Assembly: GCA_010093745.1 (NCBI GenBank)
Contig: MU005973.1
Span: forward strand, 62,001 to 126,000
Direction: 5' to 3'
From: Piedraia hortae CBS 480.64
Lineage: Eukaryota
Length of the DNA stretch: 64,000 nucleotides
Every line of letters begins with the position of its first letter. The stretch's first letter is position 1. Shown here piece after piece: positions 45,378 through 56,070 of the stretch. Position numbers and translations under genes: made by a program. The notes below the pieces were generated by a model. The model was not told the DNA's origin. It saw nothing but the letters and a program-made list of their open reading frames with translations, and did no database searches.

Positions 45378-47344
45378 TTATTCGACCAGGAGGCTCTGCA
45401 GACGCGCTTCCGTCGCCATAACCTGCAAATATTAGTCGCGGTCCAATAAGGGGATGTTATCCAATAAGGGGACAATGCACTTACGTCGACGGCCTGTCGC
45501 ACCTCGAGCACGCGTCGGCATTCGCCAACCCAGTCGCGGCTAAGTACACCCGCCCATCCCTTTAGGCTGTTCATCTCGCGCGCGGCAGCGTCCAGGTTGC
45601 CCTCTTCGAGGAACGCGTCGGTACGCGCCAGCGTCGCCTCGACGTCGTCGCCCTCGGGCAAGCCACGTTCAGTCTTCTTGGCGAACATGAGACGGCTTAG
45701 CACCGCCGAGGCGGCATGTGCTGCCACTCCCGCGTCTTCCGGCAACAGACTTGCCTTGCGCACTTCCGCAGCCACTCGTCGGAATCGATCAATCAGTGAC
45801 GCCGCTGACGGAATGCCGCGCTGGTACGCCACTGGGTTGATGGACGCAATTGCGGCCTCGACTACAGAATCGCCGCCGCCGGCTGCCTTCAACGCCACGA
45901 GTTCGTCGACGAATGGCGTAGGCTGCTCGGCTTCGAGAACCTTTGCGCGCACCGCCTCCACGGCTACTTGTAGATGTTGTGTCCGTAGCGCGGCGTCAAC
46001 AACGTTGTTCCATCCGCTCATCACGTCGCGTATTTCCTCCATACTGTGACTCAGTTCTTCCAACTTGCCAAGTCGGCCGTCGCGCTCCTCCTCAACCTTG
46101 GACCGCACATTGGCCATGTAGCGCTGCTGGAGGGATATCTCCTGTTGCAGCAGCGCATTCTTGCCCTTTTCTTCTGACACTTTGCGTGCAGCTTCCAGCT
46201 CGGCCGACAGTTTGTTCTCGTAGCTTTGCCGTAGCTTCTCCTGCTCTTTTTCGTACTCTTCCCGCCACTTGCTTTCTTGGTCCTTCATTTCCAACTCCAG
46301 CCGCTTGACCAGCTCCTGCGCAGCCTTGTCAAACTCGCTATGCGCATTGTTGATCTGTCCTTGGGCGTCTTTTGTCATTGACTCTTTGAGCGAGCCAAGC
46401 TGGCCGACGATGCGGTCGAGGTCGCTCTTCAGCGTCTGAACCGTCGACGCCAACTTGGGTGCGTCGGCCGAAGCATTGACAGCGGTAATGACATTGTTTA
46501 CCATTTTGACCAAGTCTTGCACAACCTGCTCCGAGTCGTGTGACAGCGCCAGATGATCCACTGCAGCCGCCGCCTTCGGCACTTCGCTCGTCTTTGCAGC
46601 TTTAGGTGCAGCCACCGCCGGAACAGCAGCGGCATCCTCCTTGGGCGGCTTGAACTGCCCACTGCTTGAAGCTGGCTTGTCTGCCGAGTCCGATGATGAA
46701 ACCTCGGCCACGCGTGGCTTGACGCCGCTGTTCGGTGCGATTGTTACCTTGGGCTCGCCCGTGCTCTTGCCCCAGATCTGCGTGTCCTGCCTCTTCAGCG
46801 GGAATCGCTTCCGGTGCGCGCGCTCTTGGAAATAGGCAACGACTTCCTCGCCAAAAGGAATGTACTCAGTGAAGAAATCGTGGTAGTTGTCATTGATTAG
46901 AGCCAAGTAGACACTTCCGCCGTAACCCAGCGCCGAGAAGAGTACGAGGAGGATCAGAAAGCGCCGGAAACGGTGTCGGGGACGGGAAGGCGGCGGCGAC
47001 GACAAATTAGAAGCTGGAGAGGTTGGAGGCGGCGGCGGCTTGCTGGCCACTTCGGAGGGCGAAGGGGGAGCTTTTGGGATTGCATTGGAGATTTCGGGTT
47101 TGGGGCCGTCGAGGCCGGGAGTGCGACCTTGGGGGACGCCGGATGAGATATTGCTGGGCGAATCAGGTGGAATGGGCATGCGATGATCGGCAAAAGTGCG
47201 CTGTCTTCTGTCAAATTGAGTCCTGGACGTCTGTAAACGTCTTACCTTTAACGGAGCTCCAGCGATCCATTGAGCGCGAGCGGTGCGCAGCGGAAAACTT
47301 ATATCGACCCTCCTCGCGCTGCGAGCCACAGCTTGACGCAGCAT
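45378..47344 (-). CDS. MIC60: MICOS complex subunit Mic60 (mitofilin)
   Basis: Presequence MLRQAVARSARR, TM segment, DNYHDFFTEYIPFGE, long coiled coil, and a mitofilin domain (LIDRFRRVAAEVRKASLLPEDAGV..AAREMNSLKGW). Intron 45484-45423 gives a final exon VMATEARLQSLLVE*. Confidence 0.92.
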
Positions 47345-47463
47345 TGTATCGGCCGTAGGAAGCGATGCCACGCAAAACTGGGCGTGAAGTCGAACGGAGG
47401 CGGGAGCTTCCACGTCGGGTTAGACCGGTACAGAATGGTACAGTATTTTACAGTATTAAATAA

Positions 47464-48348
47464 CTACAACTTCCCTCCCGTCAGCACTTCGGCAATGCGC
47501 TTTAAGCGGTCTTGCTTCAGCTTCTCCGTCTCTGCTATACCGCCGAGGGCCGTATTCGACTCTAATTGTCTGCTCTGGTTCAGCATGTCTTGTACACCGG
47601 CCGGTCGCCCATATGCCCAGACGCTAGCGGCATCATCATCACGACCATGGCCAAAGGTGACTGGCTTCTCTGCACTGCCAAATGCCTCATCAATAGCTGC
47701 ATCCAGCTGTTGCGGTGTGACTATAAATTTCCGAGCATTAATGTGTAAATCGTTCAAATGTCCAAGTCGTTCGTCTCGCTTGTAGTTGGCATGCATGGCA
47801 ACCATGAGTTCCTTGTGGGCAATGCGATCAGCACGCGTAGGGTCATTTGTATGTGCCTGGTGTATAGTTTCCAGGTCAATGTTGTGCGAAGGGGTTGTGA
47901 GCCGATCGTCTTCTCGCTCTGGCGCATTCAGTCGCCGCTCACGCTCTTCTCTATTCCTCTGGCTTTCTTCCGCCCGTCTTTGCATTTCTCGTGTTGCCTT
48001 CTCTCTCAGTTCGACCACACTTGAGCGTAAATCTTGCCGCCGAGACTCGGCCATGGCCGCTCTCCATTCCCGTCTGCTGCCGGGTTTTAACCGTCTGTGT
48101 TTGGTGGGAGTCTGGGTGACTTGTGCAAGCCATTCTTCGCTGGTTTTGTCTTTTCCCTTTGATATGGCCAGTACATTACGTGGAAGTGGAAGCTTTCCCT
48201 TGACGACTGGCGTCTCCACAGCGTCTGGCTGCGGGGGTTCAGGCACCGGGATGAAGCGCGGATCCTCGGGCCTGATTGCACAACGTACTGTAGCAGCAGA
48301 GAAGCTGCGCAATGAGGGACAGCGGCGTGGGCGTAGGCGGAGGGCCAT
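47464..48348 (-). CDS. Probable mitochondrial ribosomal protein mS26-like
   Basis: Presequence-like start at ATG 48348 (MALRLRPRRCPSLRSFS), PEDPRFIPVPEPPQ..KGKLPLPRNV, PEREDDRLTTP, LHINARKFIVT..LDAAIDEAF, and C-terminal RIAEVLTGGKL. The family assignment is from memory. Confidence 0.7.
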   Translation of the reverse strand: MALRLRPRRCPSLRSFSAATVRCAIRPEDPRFIPVPEPPQPDAVETPVVKGKLPLPRNVLAISKGKDKTSEEWLAQVTQTPTKHRRLKPGSRREWRAAMAESRRQDLRSSVVELREKATREMQRRAEESQRNREERERRLNAPEREDDRLTTPSHNIDLETIHQAHTNDPTRADRIAHKELMVAMHANYKRDERLGHLNDLHINARKFIVTPQQLDAAIDEAFGSAEKPVTFGHGRDDDAASVWAYGRPAGVQDMLNQSRQLESNTALGGIAETEKLKQDRLKRIAEVLTGGKL

Positions 48349-48409
48349 GGCAGCAGTCTGGGGTGAAATTCTTTCCGCCAAAAGTGACGTGGTCTGTGCA
48401 CCTGATGTC

Positions 48410-48417
48410 AAAATTTT
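48410..48417. promoter_or_regulatory. RRPE-like AAAATTTT element in the 105-bp divergent mS26/NOG2 promoter
   Basis: AAAATTTT lies about 40 bp upstream of the ATG of a ribosome-biogenesis gene. The motif is short and could be chance. Confidence 0.35.
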
Positions 48418-48453
48418 GGCATAGCACGCTCGGCCGCACACAACCGCATAAAA

Positions 48454-50469
48454 ATGGGCAACGCGAAGAAAGAAGCGAGTCGTAAACAGCGCGAGGGAAA
48501 GACAGGCGATGGAATGGGAAATGTTCGCACCAAAGGTAAGTGGTTTGCCCATTTTGGCACATGTCTAACATGCAGAAACAGGCGAGAACCATTACCGGTC
48601 TGCCAAGAAGGTCAAACAGCTGGGAATTCTAAAAGAAGGAAAGCCGCAGCGCAACTCGCAGGGCAAAATCACCCAGGCCGCGTCTTATCAAGGCCGTGAG
48701 AAACCGAACGCACGCATAGAGCCGCACAGGAAGTGGTTTACAAACTCCAGAGTCATCAGCCAGGATGCGCTATCCAAATTCCAAAAGGCGATTGATGCGC
48801 AGAGCAAAGACCCTTATAGTTATGTGCTGAAGCAGAACAAGCTTCCGATGAGCCTCATCCACGATAATAAAGACAAGGAAAGGGTGGATGGTCTGCTGCA
48901 GCACCGTGCCAAGATTCTTGTGGAGACTCAACCGTATGCCGACACATTTGGTCCAAAGGCACGGCGAAAGCGGCCAACTTTGGCTGTGAGTAGCGTTGAG
49001 GAAATGGCCGCCGCAACGGACAACGACTACAAGACCTTTCTGGACAGGCAGACGGAGGCAAAGTACTTGGCTGGGCAGAGTACCCACGAGGAAGACGACT
49101 CAGCCACGGCAGCTATAGCCCGAGAGCCAGTCTTCTCCAAGGGCCAGAGCAAGCGCATCTGGAACGAGCTGTACAAGGTCATTGACTCGAGCGACGTCAT
49201 CATCCACGTACTCGATGCTCGAGATCCTCTTGGAACAAGATGTCGAAGCGTGGAGAAATATATGCGGCAAGAGGCGCCTCACAAGCACCTTGTTTTCTTG
49301 CTCAACAAATGCGACCTCGTCCCTAACAGCATTGCGGTAAGTTCTTTCTTATTATCTTCTGTCTTATTCCAAGGCTTAAGTCAAGGTTTTTCTCCTTTTT
49401 CCATGAGAGTCACCTGTTACAGCCTTGGGAGATTAAAGAAGCCTCGCCGATCCTCTGCTGTCCTGGTATGATCTCTGAGGCAGGAGTCCTGTTTGAGTGG
49501 CCATCTTGACCATCTGATAGAAAGCCTAGTAATGGGACATACACTAACACTTGATAGGCAAAATGGGTCAAATATCTGAGTCAAGAATACCCAACGCTCG
49601 CCTTTCATGCCAGCATAAACAACAGCTTCGGCAAAGGTACATTGATCTCACTACTGCGACAGTTTTCGTCGCTACACTCCAACCGAAAGCAGATCTCGGT
49701 CGGCTTCATCGGCTACCCAAACACGGGTAAGTCGTCCATCATCAACACGCTCCGCAAGAAGAAAGTGTGCACGACAGCGCCCATTCCGGGCGAAACAAAA
49801 GTTTGGCAATACATAACGCTGATGAAGCGCATCTATCTTATCGACTGTCCGGGCATCGTCCCGCCCAGCATGAACGACAGCCCAGAAGACATTCTCCTCC
49901 GCGGCGTTGTGCGTGTCGAGAACGTGGAAAACCCGGCACAGTATATCCCGGCCGTCCTGGCTCGATGTCGTCGCGAGCATTTGGAAAAGACGTATGACGT
50001 CAAGCTCGGAAGCGCAGCGGCTACCGTCGAGCTTGGTGAAACCAATGTAGTTGGTACGCCGGCGACGCTGAGCGATAAAGAGCGTCTTCAAGAGGCCATC
50101 CACTTCCTAGACTGCCTCGCGCGCAAGAGCGGGAGACTGCTCAAAGGCGGCGAGGCTGACATGGACGGTGTTGCGAAGCTGGTGCTAAACGATTTCCTCC
50201 GCGGGAAGATTCCGTGGTATACGCCGCTGCCAGAGGATGTTCACGTGGATGGCAAGTCGAGGGGTGAACAACTGGGTTTTACGCATAAGAGGAAGAGAGA
50301 ATTGGAAGCGAGGGAGGACACAAGTAAGAAGCAAAAGATGGAGTCTGACGACCAAGATGATGATGATGATATCGAATATGACAGCCAAGGGGACGATGTT
50401 GAAGATGATAGCCAAGGGGACAATGTTGAATACGACAGCCAAGAGGGGGAGTTTGAGGGCTTTGATTGA
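48454..50469 (+). CDS. NOG2: Nucleolar GTPase Nog2 (60S biogenesis)
   Basis: NGP1NT region, [25 protein letters not shown] (G4), GYPNTGKSS (G1) and DCPG (G3). Introns are 48536-48581 (46 nt) and 49337-49557 (221 nt). Confidence 0.95.
49368..49546 (+). ncRNA. snR191: Intronic box H/ACA snoRNA, snR191/U19-like
   Basis: Hairpin ccaaggct..agccttgg has pocket strands aagtca and gttac, followed by H box AGATTA at 49430-49435. The 3' hairpin gtcctgtt..aatgggac has pocket strands gagt and tagt, followed by ACA at 49541-49543. Both pockets sit 14 nt from their boxes. They pair with LSU helix 69 GUAACUAUGACUC. The yeast NOG2 intron is known to host snR191. Confidence 0.85.
50365..50445 (+). repeat. 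27-nt tandem coding repeat x3 in the acidic tail of Nog2
   Basis: DDIEYDSQG / DDVEDDSQG / DNVEYDSQE. Confidence 0.75.
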
Positions 50470-50592
50470 GTAGCGTAATGACAGATACCCAAAACAATTC
50501 ATCCCATTCCAAACTCTTCATAGGCCTGTATCATACAATCTATACATTAAAACCGCATCACACGTAACCATAACCATGATGATAACCATATC

Positions 50593-53376
50593 CTACTCTC
50601 CCGTCCCGTCCTTCCTGTCCGCCGCCTTACCAACGCTCCAACCGTGTAAGCTCCTCCTAACGCCTAACGTCCTCCTTCCCGTCGATCCCTTCCTCGCGAG
50701 GGAAATCGTCGTAATCCCAGGTCGAACCATGGGCGTCGTAATCGGCCTGCGACTAAATTGTACTCCTTGCGCCTCGCCATTACCAAACCCGCCATCAAAA
50801 TCACCCTCATCTCTATCGAGAATCGAAACTCTCTGTGCAGCAAAATGCTTCTCCTCCCGTCCCAAAATCGAGGTTGTCTTCTGTAAAGCCTCCACGCTCT
50901 TCTCTTTCTTATGAGGTTCGGAGACTTGAATATTGCGATTCACATCCCCAGTCCCGAGAGGAGACTTGAAGAACGAAGTAATGCAGCCCTGCGTAGCCTT
51001 CTTTTTGATCTTCGGCTTGAGATCCTCTTCCAACTTTCGTTTCCCTTTCCGCAGGCTTTGCTTCTCTTCCTCCTTCTGTAACGCGACGATTTCATCGTAC
51101 TTTGACGCAACACTTACGAATCCACCACCAAGCCCACCGCAGTGATCATCCCACGCGCTGCCGAACCCCCGGGAGGACGGATGATAAACCGGCCGTGAAC
51201 CCTCATATACGTCCGCATAGAAACCTTTCTCCTCCACCTCCCACCCACACCCCTCTCTCACCTCCCCCCCATCCTCAGGCCAATAATTATCCTCACAACA
51301 CTCATCCCCTTCCTCAGGCGGGTCCCTTCCAAGTAACCCCCCCAAAGCCCTCCTCTCCCATTTCCCTATACTCGGCCCCCGTTTCCCAAACATCCCCTCA
51401 ACGCCCTTGACAGTCAAAAAATTCGAAACCGTCGTCTCCTCCCCCTGAGAATTCTTCATCGGAACAGAAAGATACAGCATTACTTTCGCCCTCGTCATCG
51501 CAACGTAGAGGAGCCTGCGTTCTTCATCTGTATCTTCGCTTCGCGAGTGGGGGATTGAGCCGACATAGCACCCTGGGATAAAGACGATGGGGTATTCCAG
51601 TCCCTTTGAAGCGTGGATCGTAGATATCGTGACGACCGCCTGCTGCTCAGCGGATTGGGATTCGCCTTCTCCTGACGGGGTAGGGTCCGAGGAGGATGTC
51701 AGTGCAACTTGTGCGAGGAAGGACGCTAGGCGGTCGGTGAGGGAGGCTTCCTCCGTAGATTCTCCACCTACTTCATCGTCCTCGCGTAGGGCCGCTTCCC
51801 CCCCTTGGAACAAACAAGCTTCCCCCGCCTGCGCAGCCACCTCCTCCACATTCCTCCACCTCGCCTCCGCATCTTGGGGGAATTTCTTCCCCAAAAACCC
51901 CCTCAACCCAATCCTCTTAACCAAAATATCAACAACGCCCTTTATATCCCCCTCCCCCTCCACCAATCTCTTCCTCGCAGTCAGAATAACATTCACAAAC
52001 GCACCCAAACCCTTTTGCACCTGTCCTGTCACACTCCCCTTTCCCTGCGCATTGTCCATTACCAGCCTCCAAAGCGAAGTCTTCCTCTCCCTCGCCTCTT
52101 TAAGCAACTTCTCAACCGTCGCCTCCCCGATTCGGCGCGGAGGGGTATTTATAATCCGTGCGACAGCCTCACTATTCTCCGGCTGGTTCACAACCCTTAG
52201 GTAATCAAGAATAAGCTTCACCTCAACGCGGTCATAGAACCTCGTCCCGCCGACCATCCGGTACGGAATTCCAGCCTCGCCGAATGCACTTTCAATCGCT
52301 CGAGAGAGGAACGCAGAGCGGAGGAGGATGGCAATGTCGTTGTTGGTGATTAGCCCACCCGTGACGGATTGGATTCGCTTGATTTCTGATACGAGCCAGC
52401 GTGATTCTGCGGCTGCGGTGGGGAGACGACGGAGAACGGGACGCAGGCCTTGGGCGTGGGTCGCTTGGAGGGTTTTTCGCGGACGGCTGGAGTCTTGTTC
52501 GATGATTAGCTGCGCGGCGGTTAGGATCGAGGCGGAGGAGCGGTAATTTTCTTGGAGGGTGATTGTGATGGTTTCTTTCCAGTGGGATTTCATTCGGCTG
52601 AGGTTTTTGATTTCGGCGGAGCGGAAGCCGTATATGCTTTGGTCGGGGTCGCCGACGATGGTGATTTGGTTGCGATATTGGGAGAAGAGACCCATGAGGT
52701 CATATTGGATGCAGTTGGTGTCTTGGAATTCGTCGATTAAGAGGGCTTCGATCTTGGAGACGCATAGCGGGTGTTGTCGGAGTAAAGTGCAGCATTTGAG
52801 TAAGAGGTCGTCGTAGTCGAGCAGGTTGGCGGATTCCAGGGCTGCTTCGTATTGGAGGTATATCTGGATAAAGTCTTGGGTTTCCGCTTTTTTGGCGGTG
52901 CGGAGATATTTTTCTGCCGTGATTCCTTTGGCTTTGAGGTGGGAGATTCGATTCCGTGCTTGGTTGGGGTCTATGTTGACTTGGGATTGTTTGATTATGC
53001 GTTTGACGACGGCTTTGCTGTCTGCCGTGTCAGCTACATCGAATTTATTGTCGAGGCCAATGTGATGTCCGTGTTGCTTGAGGTAGCGTAATGCGATTGA
53101 GTGAAAGGTTCCAAGTTGTAATTTTCCCGCTACGTCACCTCCAATGAACCCACAGATGCGCTCCTTCATCTCGTTGGCCGCCTTGTTGGTGAACGTGCAG
53201 ACGATGATGTTCCATGGTTTCAATCCGCGATGTGCGATGAGATATGCAACTCTGGCGGTCAAAGTCTTGGTTTTGCCGGATCCAGGCGGCGCAAGGACTT
53301 GGACAACCCCCGCTGGACATGTTACTGCTTCCTTTTGAGCGCTGTTCAATCCCTCCAGGATATTGTCCATGCCCAT
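50593..53376 (-). CDS. SRS2: UvrD/REP-family (SF1A) DNA helicase, Srs2-like
   Basis: APPGSGKT, TFTNKAANEM, IDEFQD, VGDPDQSIYGFR, LQENYRS, STIHASKGLEYP and EERRLLYVAMTRA. Confidence 0.9.
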   Translation of the reverse strand: MGMDNILEGLNSAQKEAVTCPAGVVQVLAPPGSGKTKTLTARVAYLIAHRGLKPWNIIVCTFTNKAANEMKERICGFIGGDVAGKLQLGTFHSIALRYLKQHGHHIGLDNKFDVADTADSKAVVKRIIKQSQVNIDPNQARNRISHLKAKGITAEKYLRTAKKAETQDFIQIYLQYEAALESANLLDYDDLLLKCCTLLRQHPLCVSKIEALLIDEFQDTNCIQYDLMGLFSQYRNQITIVGDPDQSIYGFRSAEIKNLSRMKSHWKETITITLQENYRSSASILTAAQLIIEQDSSRPRKTLQATHAQGLRPVLRRLPTAAAESRWLVSEIKRIQSVTGGLITNNDIAILLRSAFLSRAIESAFGEAGIPYRMVGGTRFYDRVEVKLILDYLRVVNQPENSEAVARIINTPPRRIGEATVEKLLKEARERKTSLWRLVMDNAQGKGSVTGQVQKGLGAFVNVILTARKRLVEGEGDIKGVVDILVKRIGLRGFLGKKFPQDAEARWRNVEEVAAQAGEACLFQGGEAALREDDEVGGESTEEASLTDRLASFLAQVALTSSSDPTPSGEGESQSAEQQAVVTISTIHASKGLEYPIVFIPGCYVGSIPHSRSEDTDEERRLLYVAMTRAKVMLYLSVPMKNSQGEETTVSNFLTVKGVEGMFGKRGPSIGKWERRALGGLLGRDPPEEGDECCEDNYWPEDGGEVREGCGWEVEEKGFYADVYEGSRPVYHPSSRGFGSAWDDHCGGLGGGFVSVASKYDEIVALQKEEEKQSLRKGKRKLEEDLKPKIKKKATQGCITSFFKSPLGTGDVNRNIQVSEPHKKEKSVEALQKTTSILGREEKHFAAQRVSILDRDEGDFDGGFGNGEAQGVQFSRRPITTPMVRPGITTISLARKGSTGRRTLGVRRSLHGWSVGKAADRKDGTGE

Positions 53377-53482
53377 CTGTTTGTATGACGCGACGTAAAT
53401 ACGCGCTAGCGAGGCGCTAGTGACACGCTACAACGGGTGTGCATGTGACCAACTTTCATCCCGCTGCAACACAGTGATCAAG

Positions 53483-53975
53483 ATGAAGTTTGCCTCGGTT
53501 TTTGCTCTGCTCGTGGTGGCTGTGGCTGCCCTGGATAAACCGCTGGATATTCAGGTTACGAACAAAGTAGAATGTACCCGGAAGACGAAGAGAGGTGGGG
53601 CATGTGATCTGACAGCATACGACAAGACTGACAGTGAAAGGCGACCGGGTTGACGTGCACTACCGTGGCACCTTGGAAAAGGATGGCAGCGAATTCGATG
53701 CCTCGTACAATCGTGGCCAACCTCTTTCTTTCCATGTTGGCAAGGGCCAGGTCATCAAGGGCTGGGACGAGGGCCTTCTTGACATGTGCATTGGAGAGAA
53801 GCGGAAGCTGACCATCCAGCCAGAATGGTTTGTTCTGTAAGCAGCTTGGAACCTTGCTAATTCCAAAAACAGGGGCTACGGTGCATCCGGCATGGGTCCT
53901 ATCCCAGCCAACAGCGTGCTGATTTTTGACACGGAACTCGTCGGCATTTCCGGCGTCAAAAAGGACGAGTTGTAG
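53483..53975 (+). CDS. FPR2: ER-resident FKBP-type peptidyl-prolyl isomerase
   Basis: Signal peptide [54 protein letters not shown], and C-terminal KDEL. Introns are 53595-53640 and 53828-53872. Confidence 0.92.
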
Positions 53976-54092
53976 TGTAGAATATCTACGATACGAGGAA
54001 TGACAGCTACAGTATGATGAAACGGCAGTCTACAATTGTGATGTTAGTGGCGACACCCCACTTTGACCTTCATCTCATTTCAATCGTCGTAG

Positions 54093-55904
54093 ATGGCTCT
54101 CTACTTAGGCTTTGATCTGTCGACTCAGCAGCTGAAGTGCGTCTGCGTAGATTCAAAGTTCGTGGTTCAATATGAAGCCAAAGTCGACTTTGATGATGAC
54201 CTGGCCAAGTACGGCATTGAAAAGGGCGTACTGAGCCATGCAGCAGAGGGAGAAGTCTTTGCGCCTCCGGCCATGTGGCTCGAGGCGGTGGACCTCGTGC
54301 TCGACCGGTTACATCAAGAGGGCCTTGACTTTGGCAAAATTAAAGGCCTTTCTGGTGCCGGTATGCAACACGGAACCGTCTTCTGGAATTCAAACGCAGA
54401 GCATCTCTTGTCCAATCTCGATCCCGAGCAATCTCTAGTTCAACAGCTCAGCTCAAGTGAAGAGTCCAAGAACGCATTTGCCCACCCAATGAGCCCTAAT
54501 TGGCAAGACGCCAGCACCCAAACCGAAGTTGAAGCTTTTGACTCTTGCCTAGGCGACGCAGCAACCCTCGCGAAAGTAACAGGCAGCAAAGCCCACCACC
54601 GCTTCAGCGGCCCGCAAATCCTACGCTATCGAAAAAAGTACCCAGAGCACTATTACAACACAGCCCGAATCTCTCTCGTATCATCCTTCTTCGCCTCAAT
54701 CTTCCTCGGAACAATCGCCCCAATCGACATCTCCGATGTTACGGGTATGAACCTATGGGACATTCATTCCAGTAAATGGCATGGCTCTCTCCTCGAGCTC
54801 ACGGCGGGGGGCAAGTCCTCCATCCCATCCCTCATAAGCAAACTATCCCAACCAAACCAAACCCCCGAAACCCCTCTAGGAACTATAAACCCCTACTTCA
54901 TCACCCGCTTCGGCTTCCCACCAGACTGTCAAGTCCAGCCCTTCACAGGCGACAACCCATCCACAATCCTCTCCCTACCTCTCCTCCCAGGTGACGCAGT
55001 CATATCCCTCGGCACGAGCACGACCTTTCTCATGAGCACGCCAACCTACCTTCCAAGCCCAGAATATCACCTCATGAACCACCCCGCAACAAAGAATCTA
55101 TACATGTTCATGCTCTGCTATAAAAATGGGGGGTTAGCCCGCGAACTTGTTCGCGATCAATTGAACAACATTATCACTGACTACAGAATCACCCCCAACA
55201 GCACCAGCGATCCAACCGACCCCTGGGCGAAATTCAACTCCCTCGCCCTATCCACACCCCCCCTTTCCCAGCCTACCCCCGGCGGGGCGATGCGGATGGG
55301 GTTATACTTTCCGAAACCGGAAATCGTCCCTCCATTACGAGCTTGTCAGTATCGATTTCTCTATACCCCGGCCGCATCACCATCCAAAAACCCACCGGCT
55401 AGGGGCTCCCCATCATACCCCTCCAAGGCAAGGGGATCTCTAGACCCCCTCCCCCCAACTCCCCATCCAACCGACGCACTCACAATCCTCGAATCGCAAT
55501 TCCTCTCCATCCGGCAGCGGAGCAACTCCCCCCCTAAAAAGATCTACCTCGTGGGAGGGGGGAGTTCCAACCCCGCCATCGCGAGGGTTTGTGGGGATGT
55601 GCTTAGCCCGGAGGAGGGTGTGTTTACGTTGAAGTTGGGGGGGAATGCGTGCGCTTTGGGGTCTGCGTATAGAGCGGTTTGGGCGGGGGAGGGGGGGCAG
55701 GGGTGGGAGGAGTTTATTGACCAGAGGTGGAGGGGGGAGGTGAGGGGCGTTGAGAGGGAGGAGGGGAGAGGTGAGTTTTCTTGTGGGGGGGAGGGGTTCG
55801 CTGCCAACGGCGCAGGAGATCTGTTTGAGCTTTATGGAATTGCTGCGCAGGGGTTCAGGGAGATGGAGAGGTTGGTTGTTGAGGAGCAGAAGAGGGCGAG
55901 TTGA
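54093..55904 (+). CDS. XKS1: D-xylulokinase (FGGY kinase family)
   Basis: LYLGFDLSTQQLK, SGAGMQHGTVFW, WQDAST, RFSGPQI, TGDNPST, SLGTSTT, MLCYKNGGLARE and VGGGSSN. Confidence 0.92.
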   Translation: MALYLGFDLSTQQLKCVCVDSKFVVQYEAKVDFDDDLAKYGIEKGVLSHAAEGEVFAPPAMWLEAVDLVLDRLHQEGLDFGKIKGLSGAGMQHGTVFWNSNAEHLLSNLDPEQSLVQQLSSSEESKNAFAHPMSPNWQDASTQTEVEAFDSCLGDAATLAKVTGSKAHHRFSGPQILRYRKKYPEHYYNTARISLVSSFFASIFLGTIAPIDISDVTGMNLWDIHSSKWHGSLLELTAGGKSSIPSLISKLSQPNQTPETPLGTINPYFITRFGFPPDCQVQPFTGDNPSTILSLPLLPGDAVISLGTSTTFLMSTPTYLPSPEYHLMNHPATKNLYMFMLCYKNGGLARELVRDQLNNIITDYRITPNSTSDPTDPWAKFNSLALSTPPLSQPTPGGAMRMGLYFPKPEIVPPLRACQYRFLYTPAASPSKNPPARGSPSYPSKARGSLDPLPPTPHPTDALTILESQFLSIRQRSNSPPKKIYLVGGGSSNPAIARVCGDVLSPEEGVFTLKLGGNACALGSAYRAVWAGEGGQGWEEFIDQRWRGEVRGVEREEGRGEFSCGGEGFAANGAGDLFELYGIAAQGFREMERLVVEEQKRAS

Positions 55905-56039
55905 GGATAGGGGGGTTTGGATGGATTTATGAGAGGGCTACGATGCATCCAGCCCAATACTAACCATAGGTGATAAATTCCTGGCCAAGCTTCTGTCATC
56001 CTGCCTCCATCAAAGCCAGGTATCCATCTTACATCACTG

Positions 56040-56070
56040 ACATCATCACATCATCACATCATCACATCAT
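56040..56070. repeat. Short tandem repeat (ACATCATC) x about 4
   Basis: acatcatcacatcatcacatcatcacatcat read directly from the sequence. Confidence 0.8.

Noticed and set aside
45440..45475. 13-bp direct repeat (tccaataagggga x2) in the MIC60 intron
   Set aside because: It is most simply a small slippage duplication that explains the slightly longer intron. No function is indicated.
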